From contig OZ024743.1 of NCBI GenBank assembly GCA_964016885.1, positions 159,340,001-159,404,000 of the forward strand: a DNA stretch of 64,000 nt. The letters are read 5' to 3'. The position numbers and the translations under genes were made by a program. Below the pieces are notes generated by a model, which saw nothing but the letters and a program-made list of their open reading frames with translations, made no database searches and was not told the DNA's origin. Positions 36,374 through 48,685 of the stretch are shown here, in pieces. This stretch comes from Eledone cirrhosa (lineage: Eukaryota). Position 1 is the first letter of the stretch. The number at the start of each line of letters is the position of its first letter.

Positions 36374-36380
<7 letters not shown>
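35594..36380 (+). repeat. Terminally redundant element: two ~260-bp direct repeats (period 523) around a pyrimidine-rich core, in (TA)n
   Basis: ctgaccggacaac starts at 35594 and 36117. The copies differ by scattered substitutions. Confidence 0.85.
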
Positions 36381-36412
<32 letters not shown>

Positions 36413-36415
<3 letters not shown>

Positions 36416-36515
36416 AAAATTATTAAAATTAAGGGTTGTCATGTTTGAGAGACATGCGCCATATCCACATGGCGCATGTCTCTCAGACATGACAACCCTT
36501 AATTTTAATTTTGGA
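36413..36515. repeat. Near-perfect palindrome (~47-bp arms) in (TA)n
   Basis: tccaaaat..aattaagggttgtcatgtttgagagacatgcgccat-atccac-atggcgcatgtctctcagacatgacaacccttaattttaattttgga. Confidence 0.9.
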
Positions 36516-36965
36516 TATATATATACAGCCCCTTGATTGTTGAGCTAATTCAGTTGAATAGTCTCGGCTACTATTTCTAGCTTTCGATGTTCCTATTCAC
36601 GCCACTGGGATGACGTTGTGCAATGTGTGTACTTTTAAAAAAAATGCAACACGTGGTCGAGTCATTCTCAGATTTGCATTTGCTTTGTAAACGCAGATGG
36701 TTATCTTCTTCTCCTTTGGTGAACATCCTAGAATTTAACTACTGTGATTTACGGATTAATGGGAATATATTTCTTACTTAAAGAAATATATACAAAGGAG
36801 ATTAATCAGTTTAAAAGTTATCTATATTTGAAGTTCTAGTTAAACTTTAATTAGATACCTACCTAGCTGTGTGCTTACTTTCTTTACAAATTATTCCCTG
36901 TGATTGTTTCATATGTTTATTATATATATATATATATATATGTCAATCTATTTATAGTTGACATA

Positions 36966-37048
<83 letters not shown>

Positions 37049-37051
37049 AAA

Positions 37052-37327
37052 AAGTCTGAAGTCTATCTTAAGCCAGGATGCTCGTATGGCCGGTGCTTAT
37101 CCCGGTTTCATGGCATTAAGCGACTGAGTGTACAAGACTCCCCCCTGGACAGGACGCCAGTCCATGGCAGGTTAAACCCCCAGCTATTGCTGGTACTCAT
37201 TTTCAGGTGAGTATACTGGAGCAACGTGAAATGAAATATTTTGCTCGAGAACACAACACCCAGCTCAGGAATCGAACCCACGACATTATGATCGTAAGTC
37301 CAACATCATCACCTCTAGGCCACGCAC
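37052..37327 (-). mobile_element. tRNA-head SINE with V/Meta-like central domain
   Basis: Minus strand: A-box gtggcctagaggtg, B-box gggttcgattcct, then aaatgagtaccagc...cctgccatggactggcgtcctgtccagggggg. Confidence 0.75.
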
Positions 37328-37348
37328 ACATATATATATATATGTTTA

Positions 37349-37548
<200 letters not shown>

Positions 37549-38015
37549 AGCTAGACACTAGATAACCAAGTGTGAAAAACCATGTGCGTTAAACAGTCTT
37601 TTTAAATATTTTGAAGTGAAACACCAATTTTTCTGGTGCTTGCTGAGGAGATAGAAATGTGGTATTCTTTCACTTTCATTTTTCGAAACTTATTTGGATT
37701 TTAAGGTTTAAACCAGTCTACGGAGCAGGTTTGATTTTGAAATTTAAATTTGTCCAAGCACCACGGCCATTTGCCAATATACTTTGTTTTATTGATTTAT
37801 TATTTTAAATCGAGACAGGCAAACTGTATTATTATAATTAGTATTTTTCAATCTAGCTAACTTAGTCATTTACAATACAAACATGGATATGTTGGTATTT
37901 GTGTTTATCAAATATATTAATTTATATTAACTTGTATTACACGGCTGAGAAATACTTCTTTCTTTGAGCTATTTCATTGTAAAGGACTACCTGAGATTTG
38001 AACTCATTATTAATA

Positions 38016-38049
<34 letters not shown>

Positions 38050-38051
<2 letters not shown>

Positions 38052-38599
38052 CGGCGATGAATTAGTTTAGAGAAGTATAAATAAGTAAATAAATAAAATA
38101 AAATAAAATAAAATAAGATAAATAAATACATACACAAGCACAATAACAACAAGCACATAAACACACACTAGTCACCCAGCAGACACAACACTATACACAC
38201 TAGTCACACAGCACACATAACACTATACACACACGCAAACGCATGCGCAAAGAAGACAAAATAAAATAAACAAACAAGCAAATAAATAAATAAATATATA
38301 GACAGGCTGAATAAAAAATGGCGTGGACATACAACACAACAGGAGGAAAAAAAATATAACACCACTGACGATGTTGCAGATGTACAACGAAAGATTTATG
38401 TAAATTATGTAAACTATATATATGTGTTTGTGTCTATATTGTATCTGTATTATTTTTGACCGTCGGTCAGTCAATGGCAACATTGAGGACCGAGTAAGTT
38501 AGATCGCAGATATAAAAGACAGCGAGAAGCGAAAACCAACCAAGCAGTGAGTGTGTTCTGTTATTGGCAATATTGCGCAAATATGACCCTCCCCAAGTA

Positions 38600-38605
<6 letters not shown>
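38050..38605 (+). mobile_element. Second copy of the 19061-19600 pLTR-like element
   Basis: Reverse-complement similarity throughout. HHR-like core CUGACGA-U-GUUGCA-GAUG-UACAAC-GAAAG at 38365-38393. Confidence 0.75.
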
Positions 38606-38640
<35 letters not shown>

Positions 38641-38643
<3 letters not shown>

Positions 38644-38755
38644 TGTGGCTGAGTGGTGAGATAATTGGATTCACAATCTTGAGATTGTGAGTTCGATTCG
38701 TCGACCGGGCGATGCGTTATGTCCTTGAGCAAGGCACTTTATTTCACGTTGCCCC
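38641..38755 (+). mobile_element. 5' part of tRNA-head SINE (family of 37052-37327)
   Basis: gtggctgagtggtgag...gagttcgattcg...gtccttgagcaaggcactttatttcacgttgc. Confidence 0.7.
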
Positions 38756-38954
38756 TTCTACCTGGAGTTGCGACCGATAGATAGTATTACCAACTGGAAA
38801 GACCGACGCAAACATTGTTTCCTCGGGCCGATTTGACGAAAGTCGATCGATCCTTTATATATATATATCGGACCGAGGAAACAATGTTTTCGTCGGTCTT
38901 TCCAGTTGCTAATACTATCTATCGGTCGCAACTCCAGGTAGAAGGAGCAACGTG

Positions 38955-38959
<5 letters not shown>
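38741..38959. repeat. Long inverted repeat (~92-bp arms)
   Basis: 38741-38832 versus 38868-38959 reverse complement with few mismatches. Confidence 0.9.
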
Positions 38960-39000
<41 letters not shown>

Positions 39001-40119
39001 ATAAGTATGGGCACAAAATAGGAAGTTCATAATTTTAATAGATTCTGTGTCGCTCAATTACAACTTATGTCCACCCGTCGTGTTTCTAAAATGCTTCTGT
39101 ACAGAATTTCATACAATAAACCTAGTTCGACACAAAGTTATGAAAGTCTATAATAGTTATGTTAAGTGTTCACTTATCTAAAGGCACCTGAAAGTGTTAG
39201 ACGTGTTTACCTCTATGAAAGCACGTCTAACGTGTAGTTAAGTCAAGAATATTATATATATACATACACCATGATGATTCGATAACGAAAATGTCTGTAT
39301 CACTTTATTTTTATACTAACAGATGAATGTAATTTTCTTCTTCCAAAGAATCCCACTTATTACTGAATTTTTTTCCAGTGCTGGTTGTCTTACTTTATTA
39401 AAATAATTAAAATTGTTTCTTCATTCCAGAAACTGCATATAGGGCAATGATGCAAGCAAAATTCTTGTATTAGTTACAAATTTCTGTCCTCTTCCCTTTT
39501 ATCATATTCTATCCACAATGTACAGTTCAACGGGAGGCTACAGTAGAAGCCCCACTTCAGAGTGTTCTTTTATTGGATCGAACTTCAACCCGTCTAGTAA
39601 TGGAGCGAGCCTCTCAACTATACAGTCACGTACACACCTATCTATGTATTTAGATATTTCTAGATTTGAGTTTTCATATCTATTTTGCAATTTTTTTCCC
39701 CATATTCTGTTTCGAATCTTGTCTCTGATTAACAGATTTCTTTCAAGTCAGATGATGTAGTCTTAATAACAGGATACGTTTTATGTTTCAATTTTCTTGT
39801 AGTTTCGTTCTTTCTTCGACATTTTTATTGCTTTCCCTTCGCCATTAATTTATTAATTCGTTACATTCAGTTTCCCACTTTACTGCGATATGTCGTTCGC
39901 AGCGGTAAATTAGCAGGCTAGGTAGAGTGAGGAAAGAATGTACAATATTCGATACGGTCAAGGTCGGCAATGAAAAAGTTGATTTTTCACCCTTCTCAGT
40001 CGATCTTTCTTCACCTCTCTTTCTCTCTGTCTTTCTCCAGAGCTCTCTTTCCTGTCCCTATTTCTCTTTGAATTGTACGTTCCCTTTTTTAGATCAAGTC
40101 ATGTATGAAACCATGGAGA

Positions 40120-41060
40120 AACTTGAAGAAATATCTTCAGAGAGTCCTTGTATATTTTTTCTATTAAAATACCAAATAGAGACTTCACCATACCACAAAA
40201 TATTGGAAAGGCGACGATGCTTAACTCAGGAAATATTCTCTACCTAACGGAGTTGTGCCTCTATCAGCGCTGCCTCGATACTGGTGACATCAGCCTTTTC
40301 AAGGAAATCAACGTTGGCAGCAAAATTACTGCAGCGCGTGTTGAGGATAGTGTGAAGGAAGCGCCAGTGGAAACGATGGAGGAGTGATAGGCGATGATAG
40401 TAAGTAAGGCACGACTCAGAGTCAAACAGAAATGTGGTCAGTCCAACGACACTGCACACACTACAGTTTCTGTTTTTCTTAGGTGTTTGTTCTTACTAAC
40501 TCGTTTACACAGCCTAACAAATGCAGTGTTAGCCTTTTCTAGTCTGTTGTCAGCCTCCTTGTCAATTTTTTTAACTGACGAACATGTGGTCAGTCGTTAG
40601 CTCATTTTCAGCAATAGTGACTTAGGGAGAATGGTAATATTAATGTAGTGTGCATTGGTGGAGAACCTCCATTTATTCCAAGCTAACCTCCAGTCCGAAG
40701 ACCTCGGAAGCTTCTCTATCACAGGTTATTATATGAAGGGCGGTGAATTGGCAGTATCGGTTGAGAGTCGGACGCCATGCTTTCCAGCATAGTTACGTCT
40801 CTTTACGGTCTGAGTTCAAATCCCGCCGAGGTTAACTTTGCCTTTCATCCTTACAGGGTCGATAAAATAAAGTGCCAGTAATATACTGGGTAATTGCTGG
40901 CCTTACGCCAAAAGTAGAAACAATTATATGATACACGGCCAATTCTGTGTGAGCATCAAAAGGAGCCTCATCGGAGAAGATGAGTAGCACTTCTGATGCT
41001 TCAGATTAGAAAGACTGTCAGTACTGTATCTGATGGAGAAGCCGTTCTATTCATCAAGGC
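40120..41060 (-). mobile_element. Duplicated decayed RTE fragment (paralog of 44614-45357), interrupted by a SINE
   Basis: Near-identical to 44614-45357, including paired ORFs 40244-40459/44666-44953 and 40394-40600/44888-45094. Confidence 0.85.
40737..40922 (+). mobile_element. tRNA-derived SINE with 9-bp TSD attatatga
   Basis: A-box tggcagtatcgg and B-box gagttcaaatcc. TSD at 40728-40736 and 40923-40931. Empty site at 45221-45229. Confidence 0.9.
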
Positions 41061-42079
41061 AATACATTTCACCGCTAAAACTATTATATAGAAATAGTAT
41101 TACAAGTAAAGTTTTAAAATATTATCTTCTACACAGTAAAGCATTTGATGGTCTATAAAAACCTCATTGATCTATATATGAGTAGTTGACTCGCAACTAG
41201 ACAGAGGCAAACGAGAATTAGTTCAATATCAAAGAACATTTCTGAAGCAATAGGAGATAAATTGATGTTTTAACTGGCAAGAACTTCGTTAAGAACAAAT
41301 TGATAAATACTTCATGTGATTGGCTTTAAGATCTTTTTTTTACTGTCGTTTGAGGGGGAAATCTTGGCAGCATAACATTTTAAGTGCTCATAGATTAGAG
41401 TGTATCGCTGTCTCGGTAACAAAAGTGTTTTTAATCTTCGAATTATTAAACTGTAAAGACTGAAGGCGTACACAATGCCTGTTTTATGGGAACACTAGCA
41501 AGAAAAACCTTAAAAATGGACATGTCTGAGAAGATATGATGGAGGAAATGTTTAATGTTGGTGTTAGAAGATATAATATCGCAAGTAGAACAGTATAAAA
41601 TGAGAGGGTACATGTTGATGTTTTATGTTTAGAAATAGGAGAGCAGCTTCGAAAGTTGCTTTAAACTTTTGAATGCTGATTTATGGTTTGCTTGCAAATT
41701 TGACGTTCGAATCTATATTGTGTTCGGACCTACGTGTGGGGGATGTGGTTGTGGGTGAGGATGTGCGTGAGTGTATTTAAATGTGTGTGTATGCGTGCGT
41801 ATCTCCTTATAATATATAACCACCAATTTCTCTGTCGGTCTGTCCGACAGTGGAAACACGTGCGCGCGTGGTTGCTATCTCTCCCTCTCTCCAGCTATCC
41901 CTCTCTTTTAGTCTGTCTGTTTCTCTCACTCTCATTCTTTCTCTTTGTAACACACTAACATTCTTCTCCTCTATCGCTGTGACGAATGGGAGATGGAGGA
42001 GGAGGAGAGAGACACGTCGTCACTTCACCTCTGCTTTTCTTCTCTCCCGTTCTCACTCCCTCATTACGTACAGACATTA

Positions 42080-42270
42080 GGGCGGTGGATTGGCAGAATC
42101 TATAGAGAGTTTGACACCATGCTTCATAGCATGGAGTTACGTCCCTTTACGGTCTGAGTTCAAATACCGCCTAGATTAACTTTGCCTTTCATCCTCACAG
42201 GGTCGATAAATAAAGTACCAGTAATGTACTGGGTAATTGCTGGCCTTGTGCCAAAAGTAGAAACAATTAT
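42080..42270 (+). mobile_element. tRNA-derived SINE (same family)
   Basis: gggcggtggattggcagaatc...gagttcaaataccgc...gccaaaagtagaaacaatt. Confidence 0.88.
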
Positions 42271-44159
42271 TAGAAAAATTGCTTCATTTTTACATATCTA
42301 AGCATTAGTAAAATAATTAATAATTTCAAAAGTAATTTTTCAATTCCAATTTGTTATGAACAGCAAAACATTAATAATAATTTTGTTCTAAGAAATATAT
42401 ATACATTTCTGTGTGTGTAATATATATATATATATACACACACAGAAATATATATATACACACAGAAATATATATACATTTCTGTGTATGTAATATATAT
42501 ATATATATATATATACACACAGAGAAATATATGGGCATTTCTCTGTTTGTCTGTCTGTCTGTCCTTCCCTAAAACTCAAATGTAGGTGCTACGGAAATAT
42601 TACCTTCCCCTTCCTTTCTCCACTTTGGTACTACCAAGAGAAACACTGTCGCTATAGAAACATTACCTTCCCCTCTCCACTGACTTTGGTCACTGATGCC
42701 GAGGGAATCGCTGGTTGCTATAGAGACACCTTGCACAAGCCAGAAGTAACCAGTTCGAGGCGCTTCTGACTTGACACCATGCCAAGGACCATTTGAAGAT
42801 ATATTTCCATCATCATATCATAACGTTTATGTATCATAACGTTTATATTTCCGTCACTAATCTCTTTTTCTCCTTTTTCGTTTTAACATATATGTATTTC
42901 AAAGATTTCACCGTATAGATAACATATATATTTATACATGCATAAAAGACACCGAGAGACGGGGAACATGTGGTGCCGAAAACATTTCTCATTCAATATC
43001 AGTATATACACTAGATTTGCTAGCAGAAAACCGCCCACCGGATGGTTTTCTGCTAGTCTGTGAATTTATTTGATGGTATGCGTCTGTATGCGTTATATAA
43101 GTGCGTGTGAAAATGTTTGTGCGCGTGAATGTTAGTTGCAACTTCAATAATAAGTCGACCGTACTTTTGTACATCATATATTTGTTAGACTTTGATTTTC
43201 GTATATCTGATACAGTAAATTAGCAATAATATACTGTCGTTAATTTATAATCAATTAGTAAGTAGCTTCTTGCTCGAAGCATAGAGTATTACTAATAAAT
43301 GAAAGCAGAATAGCTATGGATATGTTGTTAAGAAGTTCACTGGTTCGATCCAGTTTAACTGTACGTAACGTTGGGCCTGTCTCGTCATATGTTTTGGATC
43401 GATACAAGCTTTGTGAGTGGATTTAACACAGAAGAACTTCGGACGGACTCTACCTGTTCATGCACTGTAGGTAGACATATTCATCTCTTGGGGGGCGTCT
43501 TTAATGGAGACTGCTCTATGACCAGCAAATGCAGGCTACATTACCATGTCTCAGAATAATTCATTAGACGGTGTTCAATAATTCCCTTTCCCTTGCTATT
43601 TAGGATTGCTCTGCAAAATTATTGTTTGTTTGTTTTATCCAACATGACTAAGACCTATCTGTAACACAGCGTTTCCCCAAGCTAATCACAAAGGCTCCAT
43701 CTAATTGTTCAAACTGCTAGAAATTGCAGCCACATCTCCTTCGAATCACACAGAGCCACCACAGACACACACATTGGATGATGTAGTCTTTTGTTCTCCT
43801 TGGAAGAGGAATTTAGAATGGTTGCGGCTGAAATGTCTTTCATCCTAGGCATACTTAGTTAAGTCTTGCCTGTGGTTAAACAATATCAATATTCACATTT
43901 TCATGGGTAATAAAATGTCGGAACAAAAACAATTGATTGTTTCTGTACCTTTTTATATCAAAGCAACAGATAAAGGGAAAATAGCTTCATTTTCAGCGTA
44001 ATGTGTACATTCACATATTCTCTTTGTAGAGAACTATATGACAGCTGCCAATCCCCTCTTTATATCAAATACTGAGCTCTAATTAATTCTGCTGGAGCTT
44101 TTCATTTTTTAAACATACATATGTATGTATGTACGTATGTACGTATGTATGTATGTATG

Positions 44160-44247
<88 letters not shown>

Positions 44248-44370
44248 TGTATGTATGTATGTATGTATATAAGCAGTAGGTTAAGTAGCGGCATAACGAG
44301 TAGGTTGAATATTACATACTATATACACAATCATATTGGCCAACATACTTAGAAGCAGCTCCAGCTAAAT

Positions 44371-45357
44371 ATCATCATCATGGCTTGACTTCGCTAACGA
44401 AGATTTATGAAACGGATTTGCCTACATCTATTTCAAGTTCACTGGTGGCTGATGAGATCCATATATGACAAGCATACACAACTACAGCGTCTACAATAAC
44501 AATTCCGTCATAGACTTGGAGTTCTCTTATATTTCTTCCTCTGGCTTTTTTTGTCCAGAAACTCAGCCCCGTGACCATTATTGAAGGAGGAAAAAGACTA
44601 ATGGGCATTAAACAACTTGAAGAGATGTCTTCAGAGCGTCCTTTTATCTTTTTTCTACTAAAATACTAAATAGAGACTTCACCATACCACAAAATATTGG
44701 GTAGGCGACGATGCTTCACCGAGGAAATATTCTGTGCCGAACGGAGTTGTGTCTCTATCAGCGCTGCCTCGATACTGGTGACATCTGCCTTTTCAAGGAA
44801 ATCAACGTTGGCAGCAAAGTTACTGCAGCGGGTGTTGAGGATGTTGTGAAGGCAGCGCCAGTGGAAACGCTGGAGGAGTGATAGGCGATGATAGTAAGTA
44901 AGGCACAACTCAGAGCCAAACAGAAATGTGGTCAGTCCAACGACACTGTACATACTGCAGTTTCTGTTTTTCTTAGATGTCTGTTCTTACTAACTCGTTT
45001 GCACAGCCTAACAAATGCAGTGTTAGCATTTTCTAGTCTGTTGTCAGCCTCCTTGTCAATTTTGTTAACTGACGAACAGGTGGTCAGTCGTTAGCTCATT
45101 TTCAGTAAAGTGATTTAGGGAGAATGGTAATCTTAACGTAGTGTGCATTGGTGGAGAACCTCCATTTATTCCAAGCTAACCTCCAGTCCGAAGACTTCGG
45201 AAGCCTCTCTATCACAGGTTATTATATGATACAGGGCCAACTCTGTGTGAGCATCAAAAGGAGCATCATCGGAGAAGATGAGTAGCACTGCTGATATTTC
45301 AGATTAGAAAGACTGTCAGTGCATTATCTGAAGCAGAAGCCGTCCTATTCATCAAGG
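44371..45357 (-). mobile_element. Decayed RTE (BovB-like) LINE 3' portion
   Basis: LIFSDDA, LLQRFHWRCLHNILN, LPNILWYGE and a C-terminal Zn-finger remnant. Minus-strand tail cttcgttagcgaagtcaagcc(atg)n. Confidence 0.8.
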
Positions 45358-45399
45358 TTATATGTAGGCTTTATGATCATATGGGAGAGTGTCCTACGA

Positions 45400-47849
45400 A
45401 TTTAACTCGTAGTAAAAATACATATACAACTCGGGCTGAGAAAGCCTAGAATAAATGGTGTTTGAAGATCTCTGAAGATATTCAAAATGATTTTAACGCA
45501 AAGGATTCATAACTATTTTATAGTATTTTGCGTGCAGCATATGGTCCAACAACCTCGTCTATCTATTGTTCCCATACGGTCCAAAGATGACACTGCCATC
45601 ATCAAGGAACCAGAGAAAATCCTTAAGCGTTGTCAAGAATTTTTTCACTGAATTATTTGATAATCCATCATCAGTTGATTATGATGTGCTAGATGGCATC
45701 TCCCAATGTGTTGTGAATTTTAAAATGGATCGATTAACAGATTATAATGAGGTTAAAGGGGCCATTAACCAGTTAAAAACAGGTAAGGCACCTGGATCAG
45801 ATGGAATCCCTGTGGAATTGTTAAAGGTTGGTAATGGGGACATGGCACAAAAAATACTCCATCTCATTACAGAGTGGTGGGCAGCAGGATTTCTTATACC
45901 ACAAGATTAGTTAGGTGGTATCAAGGTGACCTTGTTTAAATGTAAAGGAGATAAAGGAATTTGCGATCTGTTGGAGACTGCGGGCCATGTTCTTGCTAGA
46001 TTATTGTGGAACAGGTAGACAGGTTGATGGAGAACATTTGTCCTACTGCAATCCCCGTATCACAAAGTGGATTTAGATACTGCGGAGGGACGACTGATAT
46101 CTTTTCTGCAAGGCAGATACAGGAGAAATATATTGAGCTGCAGGTTCTTCTCGATCAGGTTTTTGTTGATCTGCGAAAGGCCTTTGATACTGTGAACTGA
46201 GGTGCACTGTGGAAAATACTATGGAAAATAGGGTGCTCACCAAAGTTTATTGATATGTTTCTCCGACTGCACAGAAATATAAAGGCTTAGGTTGTCCAAT
46301 GAAATCCCAGTTGATAGTGGAGTGAAGCAGGGAGATATCCCGGCTCCCACACTGTTTTCAATATTTTTGCTGTGATACTGACTCATGCATTCCGCAAAGG
46401 GTGTTCTATTGCAAGTTAGAAGAACTACAGGAAGAATCTTTGACCTAAGAAGGTTCAATTTAAAATGCAACGTGTTCCAAATATTAATTTGAGAACTCTT
46501 GTATGCGGACGATGTTGACTTTCTAGCTCTCTCTCAAGATGACATGCAACACATTATGGATTGTTTTGCAGCTTCTTGTAAAGCCTTTTGCATGAACATT
46601 AATCTCAAAAAGACTAAGGTAATGCTCATCCCATCACAGGGGGAAGCATATATTGAGCCAAATATAATGGTGCATGGAACTACGTTGGGTGTAGTTGACA
46701 CTTTTGTTTACCTGGGTAGTGCATTATCGAGGGATAGTTCACTGGATGCAGAACTTCTTCTGTGCATTCCGAAGGCCTCTTTAGCCTTCGGAAAAATTGA
46801 AAAGAGCGTAGGGCGGATCATGGCATCAATATCAAGACCAGGATTCTCAATGCTATGTTGTACTGCATTCTCAGTGCTATGTTGTACTCTTCGGAAACGT
46901 GGAAAGTACATCGTAGACACCTTAATTTGCTTGTGCATTTTAATCAAAAGTGTTGAAGACGAATCCTAAACATCAAATGGCAACAAAAAATACCTGACAC
47001 ACAAATCCGTATAGATGTTGGTTGCACGAGAATTAAATCTACCGTCATATCCTCTCAAATACGTTAGGTATGCCATGTTGTGCGCATAAATGAGGAAATC
47101 AAATGCATTCTGAGAAACGCCCTCAGCACAAACCAAGAAGAAGATATTAAGATTGCATAAAAAAATAACATTAATTGTTTCTACTTTTGGCACAAGGCCA
47201 GCAATCACCCGTGTATTACTGGTACTTTATTTTATCGACCCCGTAAGGATGAAAGGCAACGTTAACCTCGGCGGGATTTGAACTCAGAATGGCCGTAACT
47301 CTATGCGTCAAAGCATGGAGTCCGACCCTCTACAGATACTGCCAATCCACCGCCGTTAAAAAATTAACATTAATGATCTACAGTTTGAAGTTCAGAACTG
47401 GGAAGTGCTTGCTTTAAAGAGGGTTGAATGGAGAGAACACGGGAAGGAGGGCTGTAGAATGTTTGAAGAGAGACGTCTTGACCATGAAAAACTCAAACGT
47501 CAACTTCTAAAAGGCCACAGTATGAACCTCAATAAGAACATAAAAAGCCAACTGTATGCAGCTCAATCCCTCCAATGCTAAGTGAGACATGTGTGCTGTG
47601 CAAAAATATCTGCATGTCAATCTCTGGTTTTAAACCGCATATGAGGGTACATAAGGATAACATCACACAAACTGACCCAATCAATCCAATAGAGGGTAAA
47701 TTTTTGTCGGTCACATTTGCAGCAGACCGTGCAAATCTAATGCTGCACGTAAAAGCCACCCAAGAGGCCATGAACGTACGTTTGGAGCTGGTGACGCTTC
47801 ATGGAGATGTATAGGGAGAAGGCAATCGTCTGCAAAGATGAAGCAATCA

Positions 47850-47851
<2 letters not shown>
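45400..47851 (+). pseudogene. Decayed RTE-clade LINE (RT to 3' end), SINE-interrupted
   Basis: LKTGKAPGSDGIPVELLK, FVDLRKAFDTVN, GVKQGDIPAPTLF, LYADDVDF, FVYLGSALS and a C2H2-like CVLCKNICMSISGFKPHMRVH. Confidence 0.88.
47174..47356 (-). mobile_element. tRNA-derived SINE with imperfect ~15-18-bp TSD
   Basis: Reverse complement of the 40737 family. Flanks taaaaaaataacattaat and taaaaaattaacattaat. Confidence 0.88.
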
Positions 47852-47922
<71 letters not shown>

Positions 47923-47963
47923 GAGAGTAAAACAAAGAAGCCTTTAATACATCAAAAGTTTTT

Positions 47964-48009
47964 ATTAGCCGACAATATTTCGTACTATTAAGGACTCATC
48001 AGTGCAATT
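47964..48009 (-). ncRNA. Inverted, mutated copy of the 50475 hammerhead
   Basis: Core CUGAUGA/GAAA retained, with substitutions in stems I, II and III. Confidence 0.55.
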
Positions 48010-48685
48010 AAAACAGCAAGAAGTAAGATCGGCAGATACATTCTCTACCACCCCTAATATTAGTTCTCATTTAGCTAGCACTAATAATAGGAAAATTAGG
48101 GATGGATTCTCCTCTCTACATACTACTAGTCTGAACAGATCTGACAATGCTTTACCACCAGAACAGTCCTTATCTAATAGCAATCCTACGTGTAATACAT
48201 CACCATTCGTGCCAAACAATAACACCCGGAAGTGCAATTGTAGAGTGAGTGCTAACTGCCCTTTAAACGGTAACTGCCTTTCTAAGAACATTGTCTACGC
48301 TTGCGAAGTTATAACTAATTCCTCTAATAGAACTTATATAGGATCTACATCAAACACTTTTAAGGTTAGGTTTAACTCTCATATCTCTAACTTCAAACAT
48401 GTTAAGTTTAAGAATTCTACTTCTTTAGCACATTATATCTGGGATCTTAAGGGAGCTTATATACCATATAGCCTTAACTGGCGTTTAGTAGCACGCTCTA
48501 ACCACCTTTCTACACATACTAAGTTTTGTAATCTCTGTATCCTTGAGACCCACTCTATAATTTTCTCTAGCGTATCCTTACTTAATAGAAAGTCTGAGAT
48601 ATTCTCTTCTTGCCCCCACGCTATTTCTAATTCTTACTTTTATTATAAACCCAAACGTTCTAGTAGTACAAATTGTACCCATTAG
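48002..48685 (+). CDS. Penelope-type GIY-YIG endonuclease C-terminal fragment (no RT; N-terminus derived from the inverted pLTR)
   Basis: CNCR...CPLNGNCL..NIVYACEV...TYIGST...FKVRFNSH...STSLAHYIWDLK...CNLCILE...LLNRKSE..SCPH. Confidence 0.8.
   Translation: MQLKQQEVRSADTFSTTPNISSHLASTNNRKIRDGFSSLHTTSLNRSDNALPPEQSLSNSNPTCNTSPFVPNNNTRKCNCRVSANCPLNGNCLSKNIVYACEVITNSSNRTYIGSTSNTFKVRFNSHISNFKHVKFKNSTSLAHYIWDLKGAYIPYSLNWRLVARSNHLSTHTKFCNLCILETHSIIFSSVSLLNRKSEIFSSCPHAISNSYFYYKPKRSSSTNCTH

Noticed and set aside
39185-39245. Hairpin gttagacgtg/cacgtctaac preceded by cctgaaag
   Set aside because: Core nucleotides do not fit a hammerhead; single copy.
42950-42990. ccgagagacggggaacatgtggtgccgaaaacatt, HHR-like
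   Set aside because: Too many core and stem mismatches.
43310-43890. Probable very old SINE/MITE remnants (also about 5280-5520 and 41340-41520)
   Set aside because: Too degenerate to define boundaries or family from this window alone.
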